Origin: Eledone cirrhosa
Lineage: Eukaryota
Length of the DNA stretch: 64,000 bases
Direction: 5' to 3'
NCBI GenBank assembly: GCA_964016885.1
Contig: OZ024764.1
Location: 15,128,001 to 15,192,000, forward strand
Numbering within the stretch: the first letter of the stretch is position 1; each line of letters starts with the position of its first letter. This document shows positions 12,451 to 28,235 of the stretch, one piece after another. The notes beneath the pieces are model-generated. The model made no database searches. It was not told where the DNA came from and worked only from the letters and a program-made list of their open reading frames with translations. Both the position numbers and the translations under genes were made by a program.

Positions 12451-13378
12451 TCATCATCATCTTCATTTAACGTCCGTTTTCCACGCTAGCGTGGGTTAGA
12501 CGGGAGTTGTCCCACCTGAGGCAAGGTTGGTCGGGTGACCGTGTCTCGCTATATATATATAACAGCGGCACCAACAACATTACTAAATACAACACCAACC
12601 ACAACACTGCTACTTCACAACAACAACAACACCAACAACACTATCTTATACCACAACAACAACAACAACACTGTTACTTCACAACACCAACAACACTATC
12701 TTATACCACACCAACAACACTGCTACTTCACCACAACAGCAACACTATCTTATACCACACCAACAACACTGCTACTTCACCACAACAACAACACTATCTT
12801 ATACCACAACAACACTGTTACTTCACAACACCAACAACACCAACAACACTATCTTATACCACACCAACAACACCACAACAGCAACACTATCTTATACCAC
12901 AACCACAACACTACTACTTCACAACAACAACAACAACACTGTTACTTCACAACACCAACAACACCAACAACACTATCTTATACCACAACAACAACACTGC
13001 TACTTCACCACAACAACAACACCAACAACACCAACAACACTGCTACTACACCACAACAACAACACCAACAACAACACCAACACTACTACTACACCACAAC
13101 AACAACACCACCAACAACACTGCTACTTCACCACCACCACAACAACAACAACAACAGCAATAATAATAATAACATACCAGCATCAGCAACTGAAATAACA
13201 ACATCAACACCAATTACTATAAAGACATAATTATTAATTATCATACAGACGTGTAATTAAAACTACTAATTTATTAATATACATTTATTACTCTAGAGTA
13301 ACGAGTGTATATATATTAATGTGGGTGTATATATATATATATGTATACACCCACATTAATATATATATATATATCTAC

Positions 13379-13409
<31 letters not shown>

Positions 13410-13427
13410 CATATATATATATATATT

Positions 13428-13503
<76 letters not shown>

Positions 13504-13715
13504 TAGATATATATATATGTAGATATATATACATGTAGATATATATATATATATGTATATATATACAAATATATATATATATGTGTGTAGATATATATAT
13601 ATATATGTAGATATATGTAGATATATATATATGTATATATATATAAATATATATATATATATGTAGATATATATATATGTAGATATATATACATGTAGAT
13701 ATATATATATATATG

Positions 13716-13746
<31 letters not shown>

Positions 13747-13816
13747 GTAGATATATATATATATGTAGATATATATGTATATATATGTATATATATATAT
13801 ATATATATGTGTAGAT

Positions 13817-13847
<31 letters not shown>

Positions 13848-13924
13848 GATATATATACATGTAGATATATATATGTATATATAGATATATAGATATATGT
13901 ATATATGTATGTATATATATATAT

Positions 13925-13963
<39 letters not shown>

Positions 13964-14150
13964 CACATGTATATATGTATATATTAATATATACTTATTA
14001 GTGTACACTAATGAGTATATTTATATTAATGTATGTATATATCATAATCATTTTCCACCCGCTTTTCCCTGCTTGCAATGTGCGTATATATAAATAAATA
14101 TATATTGTGTGTGTATATATATATTGTATATGTCTGTGATTGTGTTTGTT

Positions 14151-14267
<117 letters not shown>

Positions 14268-14340
14268 ATTAAAACTACTAATTTATTAATATATATTTAT
14301 TACTGTAGCCTAATGAAAACATCTAATATACATGTGAGAC

Positions 14341-14387
<47 letters not shown>

Positions 14388-14484
14388 GTGTTTGTGTGTG
14401 TGTGTGTATATATATATGTATGTGTGTGTATATATATATATATATGTATGTGTGTGTATGTATATATATATATATATATGTGTG

Positions 14485-14549
<65 letters not shown>

Positions 14550-14987
14550 ATGTATATATGTGTGGGTGTATATATATGTATATATATGTATATGTGTGTG
14601 TATGTATATATGTATGTGTGTGTATGTACATATATGTATGTGTGTGTGTATGTATATATGTGTGTGTGTGTATGTATATATATATATATATATATGTGTG
14701 TGCGTGTATATATATATGTGTGTGTATGTATATATATATGTGGATATGTATATACACACACACAAAAGAACAGTAGGTCCTCTTGAGCTCAGGGTGAGCC
14801 AAGCACTTAAATACTACACACACACGCACACTCATATATATATATATGTATATGTATATGTGTTTTGCTCCTACAGGACTATCTGGCAGGTTTTCTATGG
14901 CTGGATGCCCCTCCTAACACCAACCATGTATATATATATATGATGGGGTAGGACAGAACAAAGGAGAAACAAAGAAAAGAATCCCCA

Positions 14988-15030
14988 GTCACTGAAGAGG
15001 TCACAGAATGTGTGACGAAAGAACTTTGAC
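14988..15030 (+). ncRNA. Minimal hammerhead ribozyme motif (family D)
   Basis: GTCA-CTGAAGA-G-GTCACA/TGTGAC-GAA-AGAACT-T-TGAC. Confidence 0.65.
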
Positions 15031-15236
15031 AATATATAAACAATCATCTGGTTGTGGAACCAACCAAACAACCGGAAATTTATAAATTCCTAAATTTATA
15101 AATTTATTATAATAAATTGAAGTGAAAGCAACTGGTGCGTGTGTTTCTTATTGGCAACATGACCCTCCCAAAGTATAACAATATCGGTTTCAACACACGT
15201 TTTCAGATAAAGAATCTTGCTAAACTAATTCAGAAA

Positions 15237-15318
<82 letters not shown>

Positions 15319-15421
15319 TGAATTATATCATTTGATGAATGTCACCCCACTGTTGATCAATATGCGCATATGTTTTATGTGTCTCTTGGGTTGAAAAGGA
15401 GGTCAAGTATGTTATAAATAG

Positions 15422-15470
15422 TTGCTCCGAAGAATCCAAACCTCGGTTTGGAGGAAACAATTGTAAGCAA
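15422..15470 (+). ncRNA. Hammerhead ribozyme motif, U4C variant (family E)
   Basis: TTGCT-CCGAAGA-A-TCCAAAC/GTTTGGA-G-GAA-ACAATTGT-A-AGCAA. Confidence 0.7.
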
Positions 15471-15539
15471 ATAAATGACTTAAACTGAACTTTGATTACT
15501 GTAATCTCTATATATATATATATATGAAAAAGTTTGTCC

Positions 15540-15584
<45 letters not shown>

Positions 15585-16314
15585 AAGTTTGTCCTTCATC
15601 AGTGGCCTTCCAACCGTCGTAGGCATTTCATCGCTTTAAAGGCCATATACCTCAGGTTGGTGCGAGCAACGGCTAAAAAAAGTCGTTGGGACACGTAAAT
15701 AAAGGGGGACGCTAGGGTAAACAAACAAAATGGTTTAAGCAACAGAAAGTGATTGCTTAAACCATTTTGTTTGTTTACCCTAGCGTCCCCTTTATTTACG
15801 TGTCCCAACGACTTTTTTTAGCCGTTGCTCGCACCAACCTGAGGTATATGGCCTTTAAAGCGATGAAATGCCTACGACGGTTGGAAGGCTACTGATGAGG
15901 ACAAACTTTTTCATATATAACCCCTTTGCAACGCCGCAGCTCCATTATTATCATATATATATATATAGTATGTAGATAAATCTACCAAAATATACGGTAG
16001 TGTCCAGTCCGTATGAATTTTTTTAATATAAGGAACTGTTTCTTTGTTTTTATTCATTATTTTTATTAATTTATATATCAACAGTCGATCGACTTTCGTC
16101 AAATCGGACCGAGGAAACAATGTTTCCATTGGTCTTTCCAATTGCTAGTACTCTCTATCGGTCGCAACTCCAGGTAGAAGGAACAACGTGAAATAAAGTG
16201 TCTTGCTCAAGGACATAACGCATCGCCTAGTCCGGGAATCGAACTCACAACCTCACGATTAGGAATCCAGTTCTCTAACCTCTCGGCCACATTATTATAT
16301 ATATATATACATAT

Positions 16315-16645
16315 AGTGGTTAGAGCATTGGCCTTGCAATCGAAAGGTTGTGAGTTCAATTCTCAGACCGGGTGATGTGTTGTTTCCTTGAGCAAGACAC
16401 TTTATTTCACGTTGCTCCAGTTTACTCAGCTGTAGAAATGAGATGATAGGGACTGGGGTCCCTATCATTCCACTGCAAAGTGGTCGTGGAGGTGCCACGG
16501 CAAAAAAGCACCCAGCACTCACTGTAAATGAGGTTGGTGTTAGGAAGGGCATCCAGCTGTAGAAATCAAGCCAGGATCAGTTCCCGTCCCACCCTTGCAA
16601 GCAGGGAAAAAGCGGACATAAAATGAAATGATGATGATGATGATA
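16315..16645 (+). mobile_element. tRNA-derived SINE with RTE-derived tail (SINE family 1)
   Basis: TGGTTAGAG..GAGTTCAATTCTC pol III boxes, CCTTGAGCAAGACACTT core, tail matching the LINE end at 61920-61970. Confidence 0.85.
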
Positions 16646-17399
16646 TATATACACACATATATTACATATATATATGTGTATATTTATCAAAAATGTATGT
16701 CCACTTCAACAGCATTCTAATAAACGTGTGTATACAATTTTCGGGGACACCCTGTATATATAAATATGTGACATTTACAGCTTAACCACGGATGGATGTC
16801 TGGATGATGTCATGTGTGACATTTGTAACGACCCTTGCTTAATTATCTCACCTGTCCTACCTGTGTAGTTATGTCGTTATGTTAACGAGATAAACTAGAT
16901 GTGAAACTATGCAGCGCAATGATGGCGGGGGTGGGGGGGGGGGGTCGGATGGAGGGGAACCCAGAGGAGAACGGAGGGGTGGTTCGTGCGATAGTAGGGC
17001 AATATGTCACTTGAATGGTGGTGGTGGCGGCGGTGGTAGCAGGGGTGGTGGTGTTGGTAGTGGTGGAGTGGTGGTGGTGGTGGTGGCGGCGGTGGTAGCA
17101 GGGGTGGTGGTGTTGGTAGTGGTGGTGGTGGTGGTGGGTGTGGTTGAAATGTTATTGTTGTTTGGTGAAGGAAAGAATATATATACACACATCATCATCA
17201 TCATATATATATATATATATATATACAAAGTGAACCTACAGTCAGTAGGCACCTCCTAACCAAATATACACCCCAACCCACTACCCCTACTCCAGCCTCC
17301 AACTCCCACCAACACCACCCCTTTCTCTATAAAGTTATGTTGGTACTACAACATCCAGTCCAAACTAAAGAGGTCGTGTAGATGTCACAACAAAAAAAA

Positions 17400-18530
17400 C
17401 ACACAGTCCACGCTGTAATGTGGTCGTGTAGGTAACACGGTAAAAACCTCCCAGTCCACACTGTAATGTGGCCGTGTAGGTAACACGGTAAAAACCTCCC
17501 AGTCCACACTGTAATGTGGTCGTGTAGGTAACATAGTAAAAACCTCCCAGTCCGCACTGTAATGTGGCCGTGTAGGTAACATAGTAAAAACCTCCCAGTC
17601 CACGCTGTAATGTGGCCGTGTAGGTAACATAGTAAAAACCTCCCAGTCCACGCTGTAATGTGGCCGTGTAGGTAACATAGTAAAAACCTCCCAGTCCACG
17701 CTGTAATGTGGTCGTGTAGGTAACACGGTAAAAACCTCCCAGTCCACACTGTAATGTGGCCGTGTAGGTAACACGGTAAAAACCTCCCAGTCCACACTGT
17801 AATGTGGTCGTGTAGGTAACATAGTAAAAACCTCCCAGTCCCCACTGTAATGTGGCCGTGTAGGTAACATAGTAAAAACCTCCCAGTCCACGCTGTAATG
17901 TGGTCGTGTAGGTAACACGGTAAAAACCTCCCAGTCCACACTGTAATGTGGTCGTGTAGGTAACACGGTAAAAAACCTCCCAGTCCACGCTGTAATGTGG
18001 TCGTGTAGGTAACACGGTAAAAACCTCCCAGTCCACGCTGTAATGTGGTCGTGTAGGTAACACGGTAAAAAACCTCCCAGTCCACGCTGTAATGTGGTCG
18101 TGTAGGTAACACGGTAAAAACCTCCCAGTCCACACTGTAATGTGGCCATGTAGGTAACACGGTAAAAAACCTCCCAGTCCACGCTGTAATGTGGCCGTGT
18201 AGGTAACACGGTAAAAACCTCCCAGTCCACGCTGTAATGTGGTCGTGTAGGTAACACGGTAAAAAACCTCCCAGTCCACGCTGTAATGTGGCCGTGTAGG
18301 TAACACGGTAAAAACCTCCCAGTCCACACTGTAATGTGGCCATGTAGGTAACACGGTAAAAACCTCCCAGTCCACGCTGTAATGTGGCCGTGTAGGTAAC
18401 ATGGTAAAAAACCTCCCAGTCCACACTGTAATGTGGCCGTGTAGGTAACACGGTAAAAACCTCCCAGTCCACGCTGTAATGTGGCCGTGTAGGTAACACG
18501 GTAAAAACCTCCCAGTCCACACTGTAAATG
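17400..18530. repeat. 48-50-bp minisatellite, ~23 copies, inside an RTE-tailed element (17225-18695)
   Basis: Unit CAGTCCACRCTGTAATGTGGYCGTGTAGGTAACACGGTAAAAACCTCC. An unexpanded copy of the element is at 9240-9665. Confidence 0.9.
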
Positions 18531-18734
18531 TGGTTGGTGTTAGGAAGGGCATCCAGCCGTAGAAAACCTGCCAGACAGTCCTATACGAGCGAGACACGGT
18601 CACCCGATCAACCTTGCCTCAAGTGGGACAACTCCTGTCTAACCCATGCTAGCGTGGAAGATAGACATTAAACAGTAATGATGATGATGATGATATATAT
18701 ATGTATGTATGTGTGTGTATATATATATATAAAG

Positions 18735-19440
18735 GGTTAACAAAGGTTTTTAGATAAATATAAACACTTTAACCCTTTCATTACCATATTTCTAATGAAA
18801 GACACTGTTGTTGTTTGGAACATAACTTAACAAAGGTTCTTACATAAAATTATGATGGAAGGTTTTTAGATAAATATAAACACTTTAACCCTTTCATTAC
18901 CATATTTCTACTGAAAGACACTGTTGGTGTTTGGAACATAACTTAACAAAGGTTTTTAGATAAATATAAACACTTTAACCCTTTCATTACCATATTTCTA
19001 ATGAAAGACACTGTTGGTGTTTGGAACATAACTTAACAAAGGTTCTTACATAAAATTATGATGGAAGGTTTTTAGATAAATATAAACACTTTAACCCTTT
19101 CATTACCATATTTCTAATGAAAGACACTGTTGGTGTTTGGAACATAACTTAACAAAGGTTCTTACATAAAATTATGATGGAAGGTTTTTAGATAAATATA
19201 AACACTTTAACCCTTTCATTACCATATTTCTAATGAAAGACACTGTTGGTGTTTGGAACATAACTTAACAAAGGTTCTTACATAAAATTATGATGGAAGG
19301 TTTTTAGATAAATATAAACACTTTAACCCTTTCATTACCATATTTCTAATGAAAGACACTGTTGGTGTTTGGAACATAACTTAACAAAGGTTCTTACATA
19401 AAATTATGATGGAGGGTTTTTAGATAAATATAAACACTTT
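18735..19440. repeat. 116-bp minisatellite (also 23340-24085 and 41520-41910)
   Basis: AACATAAC recurs at 19025, 19141 and 19257; unit contains TTAACCCTTTC. Confidence 0.9.
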
Positions 19441-19946
19441 AAAAGAAAGTTTTATATAACAGAACCAGGACGGATTTCATGGGGTTTGAAAGATTTTAAA
19501 CATGATCCAAGTTCTCTTAGAACTTTAGATGGATTTAATATAGATGATGGATAGGTCTGACTTTTATCTTATCTACATCTTCAGTCTTTATGTTGCTGGC
19601 TGATGTATATATATGTGTATATGTGTATATGTGTGTGTATATGTGTATATGTGTGTGTTTATGTATATATATATATATATTTATATATATGTTCACGTAT
19701 ATATATATAAATATATGTTTGTGTATATGTGTAGATGTGTGTATATGTGTGTATGTATATATATATATATTTATATATATGTTCACGTATATATATATAA
19801 ATATATGTTTGTGTGTGTATATATATATATATATAGCGTGGAAAATGGACGTTAAACGAAGATGATGATGATGATGATACATATATATAAATATGTGCAT
19901 ATACATATATATATATATATATACACAGATATATATTATATACATT

Positions 19947-19989
<43 letters not shown>

Positions 19990-20132
19990 GTTATTCCGGG
20001 TTGAATCGGAGGTAACCACAGTAAGTAAGGTACTCAATACATTGCAGAGTATAAAAGTTTTTCTAAAGAATGAAACAGTTCTAGTCCTGTAGAATCTCAT
20101 CTATATTAAAACTAATATATGTATATATATAT

Positions 20133-20164
<32 letters not shown>

Positions 20165-20205
20165 GTATATATATATGTATATATATATATATGTATATAT
20201 ATATG

Positions 20206-20296
<91 letters not shown>

Positions 20297-20378
20297 GTAT
20301 ATATATATATGCATATATATATATATGTGTATATATATATATGCATATATATATATATGTATATATATATATATGTAA

Positions 20379-20446
<68 letters not shown>

Positions 20447-20776
20447 GTATATATATGTATATATATATATATGCATATATATATGCATATATATATATAT
20501 ATGCATACCTAATGTACGGTATAATAAAATCTGTTGAAAGATCACCAATTAAGATAAGAGAGCAAAAATTGTTTATTTTTCTTACCATTCACTAGTACCT
20601 ACTCCATGTTTAGTATTTGCTAGTACCTACGGTATATGTAGTGTCTGCTAGTATATTAAACCCTGTCGGAAACCGTATCTCTACTTATAGTACATTTAGT
20701 AAGATAGTCTTATGAAAATATATTTTTTTTTAGGATGACAAAGTGTTGTAGCATTGTGGAATAAATATATATATAT

Positions 20777-21121
20777 CATCATCATCACCATCATCATTTT
20801 ACGTCCGCTTTTCCCTGCTTGCAAGGGTGGGACGGGAACCGATTCTGGCTTGATTTCTACAGCTGGATGCCCTTCCTAACACCAACCTCATTTACAGTGT
20901 GGGCTGGGTGCTTTTTTGCCGTGGCACCTCCACGACCGCTTTGCAGTGGAATGATAGGGACCCCAGTCCCTATCATCTCATTTCTACAGCTGAGTAAACT
21001 GGAGCAATGTGAAATAAAGTGTCTTGCTCAAGGAAACAACACATCACCCGGTCTGAGAATTGAACTCACAACCTTTCGATTGCAAGCCCAATGCTCTAAC
21101 CACTAAGCCATGTGCCTTCAC
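20777..21121 (-). mobile_element. SINE family 1, full length
   Basis: Reverse complement of the 16315 and 63624 copies. Confidence 0.85.
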
Positions 21122-21202
21122 GTATATATATATATATAGTGCCTCCATGTATATATATCTCTTTTTTTAAATGTCTTTCCAGCACTCCTACCCACTGTTC
21201 TC

Positions 21203-21230
21203 CTGATGAAGGGCTTATGCCTGAAACGTC
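21203..21230 (+). ncRNA. Minimal hammerhead core, 3' strand of stem I lost
   Basis: CTGATGA-AGGGCTTATGCCT-GAA-ACGT-C, followed by poly-C instead of a stem I partner. Confidence 0.5.
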
Positions 21231-21409
21231 CCCCCCCCACTCTCAAGCGTGAAACTAAAAACCATACTGCCTGTCTGTTCATTTATTCAACTATATATAT
21301 GTGTGTGTGTGTGTGTGTATATATATAGGTATATGTCTATATATATATGTGTGTATGTAAAAGGTAAACAGAAATAACAACACTGTCGGTACAGTATATG
21401 GAAGGTATA

Positions 21410-22400
21410 TGACACCTACATGACCACTTTACAGAGTGGACTGGGTGCTTTTTGTCATGACAGCTACATGACCGCTTTACAGAGTGGACTGGGTGTTGTT
21501 TGTCATGACACCTACATGACCACTTTACAGTGTGGACTGGGTGTTGTTTGTCATGACACCTACACGACCACTTTACAGAGTGGACTGGGTGTTTTTTGTT
21601 GTGACACCTACATGACCCCTTTACAGTGTGGACTGGGTGTTTTTTGTTGTGACACCTACATGACCACTTTACAGTGTGGACTGGGTACTTTTTGTTGTGA
21701 CACTTACATGACCACTTTACAGTGTGGACTGGGTGTTTTTTGTTGTGACACCTACATGACCCCTTTACAGTGTGGACTGGGTGTTTTTTGTTGTGACACC
21801 TACATGACCACTTTACAGTGTGGACTGGGTGGTTTTTGTCATGACATCCACATGACCACTTTACAGTGTGGGTTGGGTACTTTTTGTTGTGACACCTACA
21901 TGACCACTTTACAGTGTGGGCTGGGTACTTTTTGTTGTGACACCTACATGACCACTTTACAATGTGGATTGGGTGCTTTTTGTTGTGACACCTACATGAC
22001 CACTTTACAGTGTGGGCTGGGTACTTTTTGTTGTGACACCTACATGACCACTTTACAGTGTGGACTGGGTGTTTTTTGTCATGACACCTACATGACCACT
22101 TTACAGTGTGGACTGGGTACTTTTTGTTGTGACACCTACATGACCACTTTACAGTGTGGACTGGGTACTTTTTGTTGTGACACCTACATGACCACTTTAC
22201 AGTGTAGACTGGGTGCTTCTTGTTGTGACACCTACATGACCACTTTACAGTGTGGATTGGGTGTTGTTTGTTGTGATACCTACATGACCACTTTACAGTG
22301 TAGACTGGGTGCTTCTTGTTGTGACACCTACATGACCACTTTACAGTGTGGATTGGGTGTTGTTTGTTGTGATACCTACATGACCACTTTACAGTGTGTG
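21410..22400. repeat. 48-bp SINE-derived minisatellite (also 47310-47815 and 50160-50850)
   Basis: Unit GACACCTACATGACCACTTTACAGTGTGGACTGGGT..TTTTGTTGT; 16-aa periodicity. Confidence 0.9.
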
Positions 22401-22688
22401 GTGTGAGTTTTGTGGTACCAACATAACTTTATAGACCTGGTAAATATGATGAACAATAGAATAGGATGGTGACCGAGATCGGAGGGAATCCTCTGTACAA
22501 ATAGTGCAATCTAATGATTAGTTCATTGATTAATGGACAAGTGGTGTCTTTTATTGTAAATATGGTAATAAAAGGGGTTCAAAGGACTATATTTAGCTAA
22601 AACATTTTATCATAACAGAAAGAGACAGAGAGAGTTAGATAGACAGGGTTACAGTGAAAAATGAAGACGCATAGATAGACATAAATAC

Positions 22689-22740
<52 letters not shown>

Positions 22741-22777
22741 GTATACATGTATATGTATATGTGTGTCTGTATATATC

Positions 22778-22808
<31 letters not shown>

Positions 22809-22869
22809 ATTTACATATATATATGTGTATATATATATATTTATATATATGTGTATGTGTGTGTGTGTG

Positions 22870-22962
<93 letters not shown>

Positions 22963-24218
22963 GTTAAGAGGGGAGGGGACAATACATTATATATATATAG
23001 ACATATACACACACACATATACACACACACAAATATACATATATACACACATATATACACATCCCTGTGTACATCAAACACAGCAGCTGATTATAAACAG
23101 CTGTTTTAGTTGTACTTTCACTTCTCATTCAAAAATCTCTGTAAACATTCACCTCTATCCCCTCTCCCCCACAACACTCCACCCCTTTTGTAACCAGCCC
23201 CACTCCCTCTAATGTCCCCAAATAAAAGAATTTGTTGTTGTTGCAGTTGTTGTTGTTATAGTTGTTATATAATTTTGAAAATATTCAAGATTGTTTGAGG
23301 GATTTAGTAATATAACTAACTTTCTACATTATAAAGTGTGTGTTTGGAACATAACTTAACAAAGGTTCTTACATAAAATTATGATGGAAGGTTTTTAGAT
23401 AAATATAAACACTTTAACCCTTTCATTACCATATTTCTAATGAAAGACACTGTTGGTGTTTGGAACATAACTTAACAAAGGTTCTTACATAAAATTATGA
23501 TGGAAGGTTTTTAGATAAATATAAACACTTTAACCCTTTCATTACCATATTTCTAATGAAAGACACTGTTGGTGTTTGGAACATAACTTAACAAAGGTTC
23601 TTACATAAAATTATGATGGAATGTTTTTAGATAAATATAAACACTTTAACCCTTTCATTACCATATTTCTAATGAAAGACACTGTTGGTGTTTGGAACAT
23701 AACTTAACAAAGGTTCTTACATAAAATTATGATGGAAGGTTTTTAGATAAATATAAACACTTTAACCCTTTCATTACCATATTTCTAATGAAAGACACTG
23801 TTGGTGTTTGGAACATAACTTAACAAAGGTTCTTACATAAAATTATGATGGAATGTTTTTAGATAAATATAAACACTTTAACCCTTTCATTACCATATTT
23901 CTAATGAAAGACACTGTTGGTGTTTGGAACATAACTTAACAAAGGTTCTTACATAAAATTATGATGGAAGGTTTTTAGATAAATATAAACACTTTAACCC
24001 TTTCATTACCATATTTCTAATGAAAGACACTGTTGTGTTTGGAACATAACTTAACAAAGGTTCTTAGATAAATATAAACACTTTAACCATTTTGTTACAA
24101 TGTGTGTATATGCAATGTTGTGTGTACAATGTTGTGTGTACAATATGTGTATATACACTGTTGTAGGTCTATGTATATGTTGTGGGTGTATGTGTATGTT
24201 TGTATGTGTGCAGTGTTG

Positions 24219-24288
<70 letters not shown>

Positions 24289-24409
24289 CAACACTGCATG
24301 TAAAAGTTCTATTTAATTCATTATACATATTTCAAGGACACCAAGGTCCTTGAAAGATGTATAATGAAATAAATATGGATTTATAAATATAGTTTCCATT
24401 TGTTAATAT

Positions 24410-24495
<86 letters not shown>

Positions 24496-24768
24496 CATAT
24501 ATATGTTGTAGTCAGGTGATAGTATAGAAAAATATTTAAAATTCGGTCACAAACAACAGAGGTGAAGGAAGAGGGAGGGGAGGGGTGGGGGTGGAGGTGG
24601 AGTTGCTGTTACTGTTGATGTTACTGTTGTTGTTGTAGCTGTTGTTGTTGTTACTGTTGTAGTTTAGCCCCCAGTAAACACAGGCCCATTATAAATTGGT
24701 TATTACCACCATCTTTGCTATCGTGACCCATATTTCGGGGCAAATCACCTTTCTAATAATATATATAA

Positions 24769-24803
<35 letters not shown>

Positions 24804-24901
24804 CATATATATATATACGTTATTCCGGGTTGAATCGGAGGTAACCACAGTAAGTAAGGTACTCAATACATTGCAGAGTATAAAAGTTTTAATATAGATG
24901 A

Positions 24902-24950
24902 GATTCTACAGGACTAGAACTGTTTCATTCTTTAGAAATCATCACGAATC
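24902..24950 (-). ncRNA. Hammerhead motif with C3G lesion (family B)
   Basis: GATTC-GTGATGA-TTTCTAAAGAAT-GAA-ACAG(TTCTAGTC)CTGT-A-GAATC. Confidence 0.55.
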
Positions 24951-25095
24951 AGAAATATATATATATATATACAGTATATATATAATGTATATATATATAA
25001 TGTATATTATGTATATATATAATTATGTATAAAAGATTATAAGTTCATACAATTGACTTATGTTTTGTCACTATAATTATGTATATATATAATTA

Positions 25096-25130
<35 letters not shown>

Positions 25131-25190
25131 GTATAGATATACACACACACATATATATATATTATGTATAGATATGGTTTTATATGTATG

Positions 25191-25306
<116 letters not shown>

Positions 25307-25397
25307 TAAAATAACAGATTAAAGTTTAAGCAAAGAATCGCTGCTTTCACCCTTAACGGGATCTTCTTTGGATTTTAGTCTTCAATTTTATTATTAT

Positions 25398-25463
<66 letters not shown>

Positions 25464-25899
25464 GATAACAAAATATCGTTATAGGTAATGCAGTTAGATG
25501 TTGTGAATACTTGTTATTATGAATAGTTTTAGCGTACGGCGTTGTTTGACTCCACAAGGGGTTTACACAGATGATGAGTTTATGATTTCATTTGTATTTC
25601 TATGTAAGTTTATCTTGGAGAAATAAAATTGAAAAAGTGGAGAATAAGATGGCCGACAGTACAAAGAAGGAGATTTAATTTTGTACTGTTGACCATGTTA
25701 TTCTTCTCTCTTCACTATACATGGACACACTAGAAGAGGAAGACCAAGGTTAACATATGTTGATGCCCTAAGGACAGACACTGGTCTGTTGGAGATGCAG
25801 GATATGGCAGCGATGATGAGGGACAGAGACCGCTGGAGAGAACTCGTCCATGGATCTCGGGAATTTTACCCGCCTTAGATAGGTATATATATATCCATA

Positions 25900-26115
25900 G
25901 TGAAGGCGTGTGGCTGAGAGGTTAGAGAACTGGATTCGCAATCGTGAGGTTGTGAGTTCGATTCCTGGACCAGGCGATGCGTTATGGTCCTTGAGCAAGA
26001 CACTTTATTTCACGTTGCTCCTTCTACCTGGAGTTGCGACTGATTGATAGTATTAGCAATTGGAAAGACCAATGGAAACACTGTTTCCTTGGTCCGATTT
26101 GACGAAAGTCGATCG
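25900..26115 (+). mobile_element. tRNA-derived SINE family 2 (other copies 46902-47115 +, 16085-16290 -, 11405-11556 -)
   Basis: TGGCTGAG.GGTTAGAG A box, GAGTTCGATTCC B box, shared core, distinct 3' body GGAAACA..TTTCCTTGGTCCG. Confidence 0.82.
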
Positions 26116-26194
26116 TTACGAATATATCCATACATATATATGGATATGTATATATATATATATGTATATATATGGATATGTATATATATATATG

Positions 26195-26247
<53 letters not shown>

Positions 26248-26294
26248 CCATTCATATATATGGATATGTATATATATATATGTATATATATATG

Positions 26295-26331
<37 letters not shown>

Positions 26332-26352
26332 CCATTCATATATATGGATATG

Positions 26353-26401
<49 letters not shown>

Positions 26402-26584
26402 GTATATATATATACATATATATATATGGATATATATATATACATGTATATATAATTATATATATATATATGTATATATATATCCATACATATATATGGA
26501 TATGTATATATATACATATATGTATATATAAATTCTAATTCAGTCCAGAAATAGCCGTCGAAACGGCTTGAGCTCTGCCGTCGG

Positions 26585-27525
26585 GTTAAAGACAGGGACA
26601 GTGGGGGGTTTAAGGTCAAGTAAAAGTACACAATGGCAAGGACCAACATATAGGGGACAATACAAGGACAGGGACAGTGGGGGGGGTTACAATAAGCTCA
26701 AGTAAAAGTACACAATGGCAAGGACCAACATATAGGGGACAATATAAAGACAGGGACAGTGGGGGGTTTAAGGTCAAGTAAAAGTACACAATGGCAAGGG
26801 CCAACATATAGGGGACAATACAAGGACAGGGACAGTGGGGGGGTTACAATAAGGTCAAGTAAAAGTACACAATGGCAAGGACCAACATATAGGGGACAAT
26901 ACAAGGACAGGGACAGTGGGGGGGTTACAATAAGCTCAAGTAAAAGTACACAATGGCAAGGACCAACATATAGGGGACAATATAAAGACAGGGACAGTGG
27001 AGGGTTTACAATAAGCTCAAGTAAAAGTACACAATGGCAAGGGCCAACATATAGGGGACAATATAAAGACAGGGACAGTGGAGGGTTTACAATAAGCTCA
27101 AGTAAAAGTACACAATGGCAAGGGCCAACATATAGGGGACAATATAAAGACAGGGACAGTGGAGGGGTTTACAATAAGGTCAAGTAAAAGTACACAATGG
27201 CAAGGACCAACATATAGGGGACAATATAAAGACGGACAGTGGAGGGGTTTACAATAAGGTCAAGTAAAAGTACACAATGGCAAGGGCCAACATGTAGGGG
27301 ACAATATAAAGACAGGGACAGTGGAGGGGTTACAATAAGCTCAAGTAAAAGTACACAATGGCAAGGGCCAACATATAGGGGACAATATAAAGACAGGGAC
27401 AGTGGAGGGTTTACAATAAGCTCAAGTAAAAGTACACAATGGCAAGGGCCAACATATAGGGGACAATATAAAGACAGGGACAGTGGGGGGGTTACAATAA
27501 GGTCAAGTAAAAGTACACAATGGTA
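26585..27525. repeat. ~75-bp minisatellite, ~12 copies
   Basis: 25-aa periodicity; begins immediately after a family A hammerhead 3' half. Confidence 0.9.
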
Positions 27526-27836
27526 AGACTAGTTTAACAATGAAGATATAAAATAAACTATGTATAAATATAACAAAATAAATTTCCCAATAGGGGGAGG
27601 GGGCGTGGACCCAGGGGTGACTCAGGTACCCCACCAATCCTGAACCACCCTACCCTTCTAGGGCACCTGGGAAGGGCACCCCTCTCCTCCTCAAATTAGC
27701 CAGTAATGAGTAGATGTGAGTTATTAATATAGCATCATTATGTTTATTTATTTGTGATGAGAATAAACTATATATATATATGTGTATATATATATATATA
27801 TACATATGTATATATATATGTATATATATATGTATA

Positions 27837-27941
<105 letters not shown>

Positions 27942-27950
27942 ATATATATG

Positions 27951-28119
<169 letters not shown>

Positions 28120-28120
28120 G

Positions 28121-28191
<71 letters not shown>

Positions 28192-28204
28192 GTATGTATG
28201 TATG

Positions 28205-28235
<31 letters not shown>

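Noticed and set aside
20580-20600. Alternative ATG|GTAAGA first exon for the CLC gene
   Set aside because: Phase-compatible, but it lies in repeat-like AT-rich sequence with no promoter or acceptor support. The 30669-30689 exon is better supported.
21420-22406. Cys-rich 16-aa repeat ORF (also 47322 and 50204)
   Set aside because: 48-bp SINE-derived minisatellite with an accidental open frame.
25900-25980. tRNA gene
   Set aside because: A/B boxes lead into a SINE core with several dispersed copies; no complete cloverleaf.
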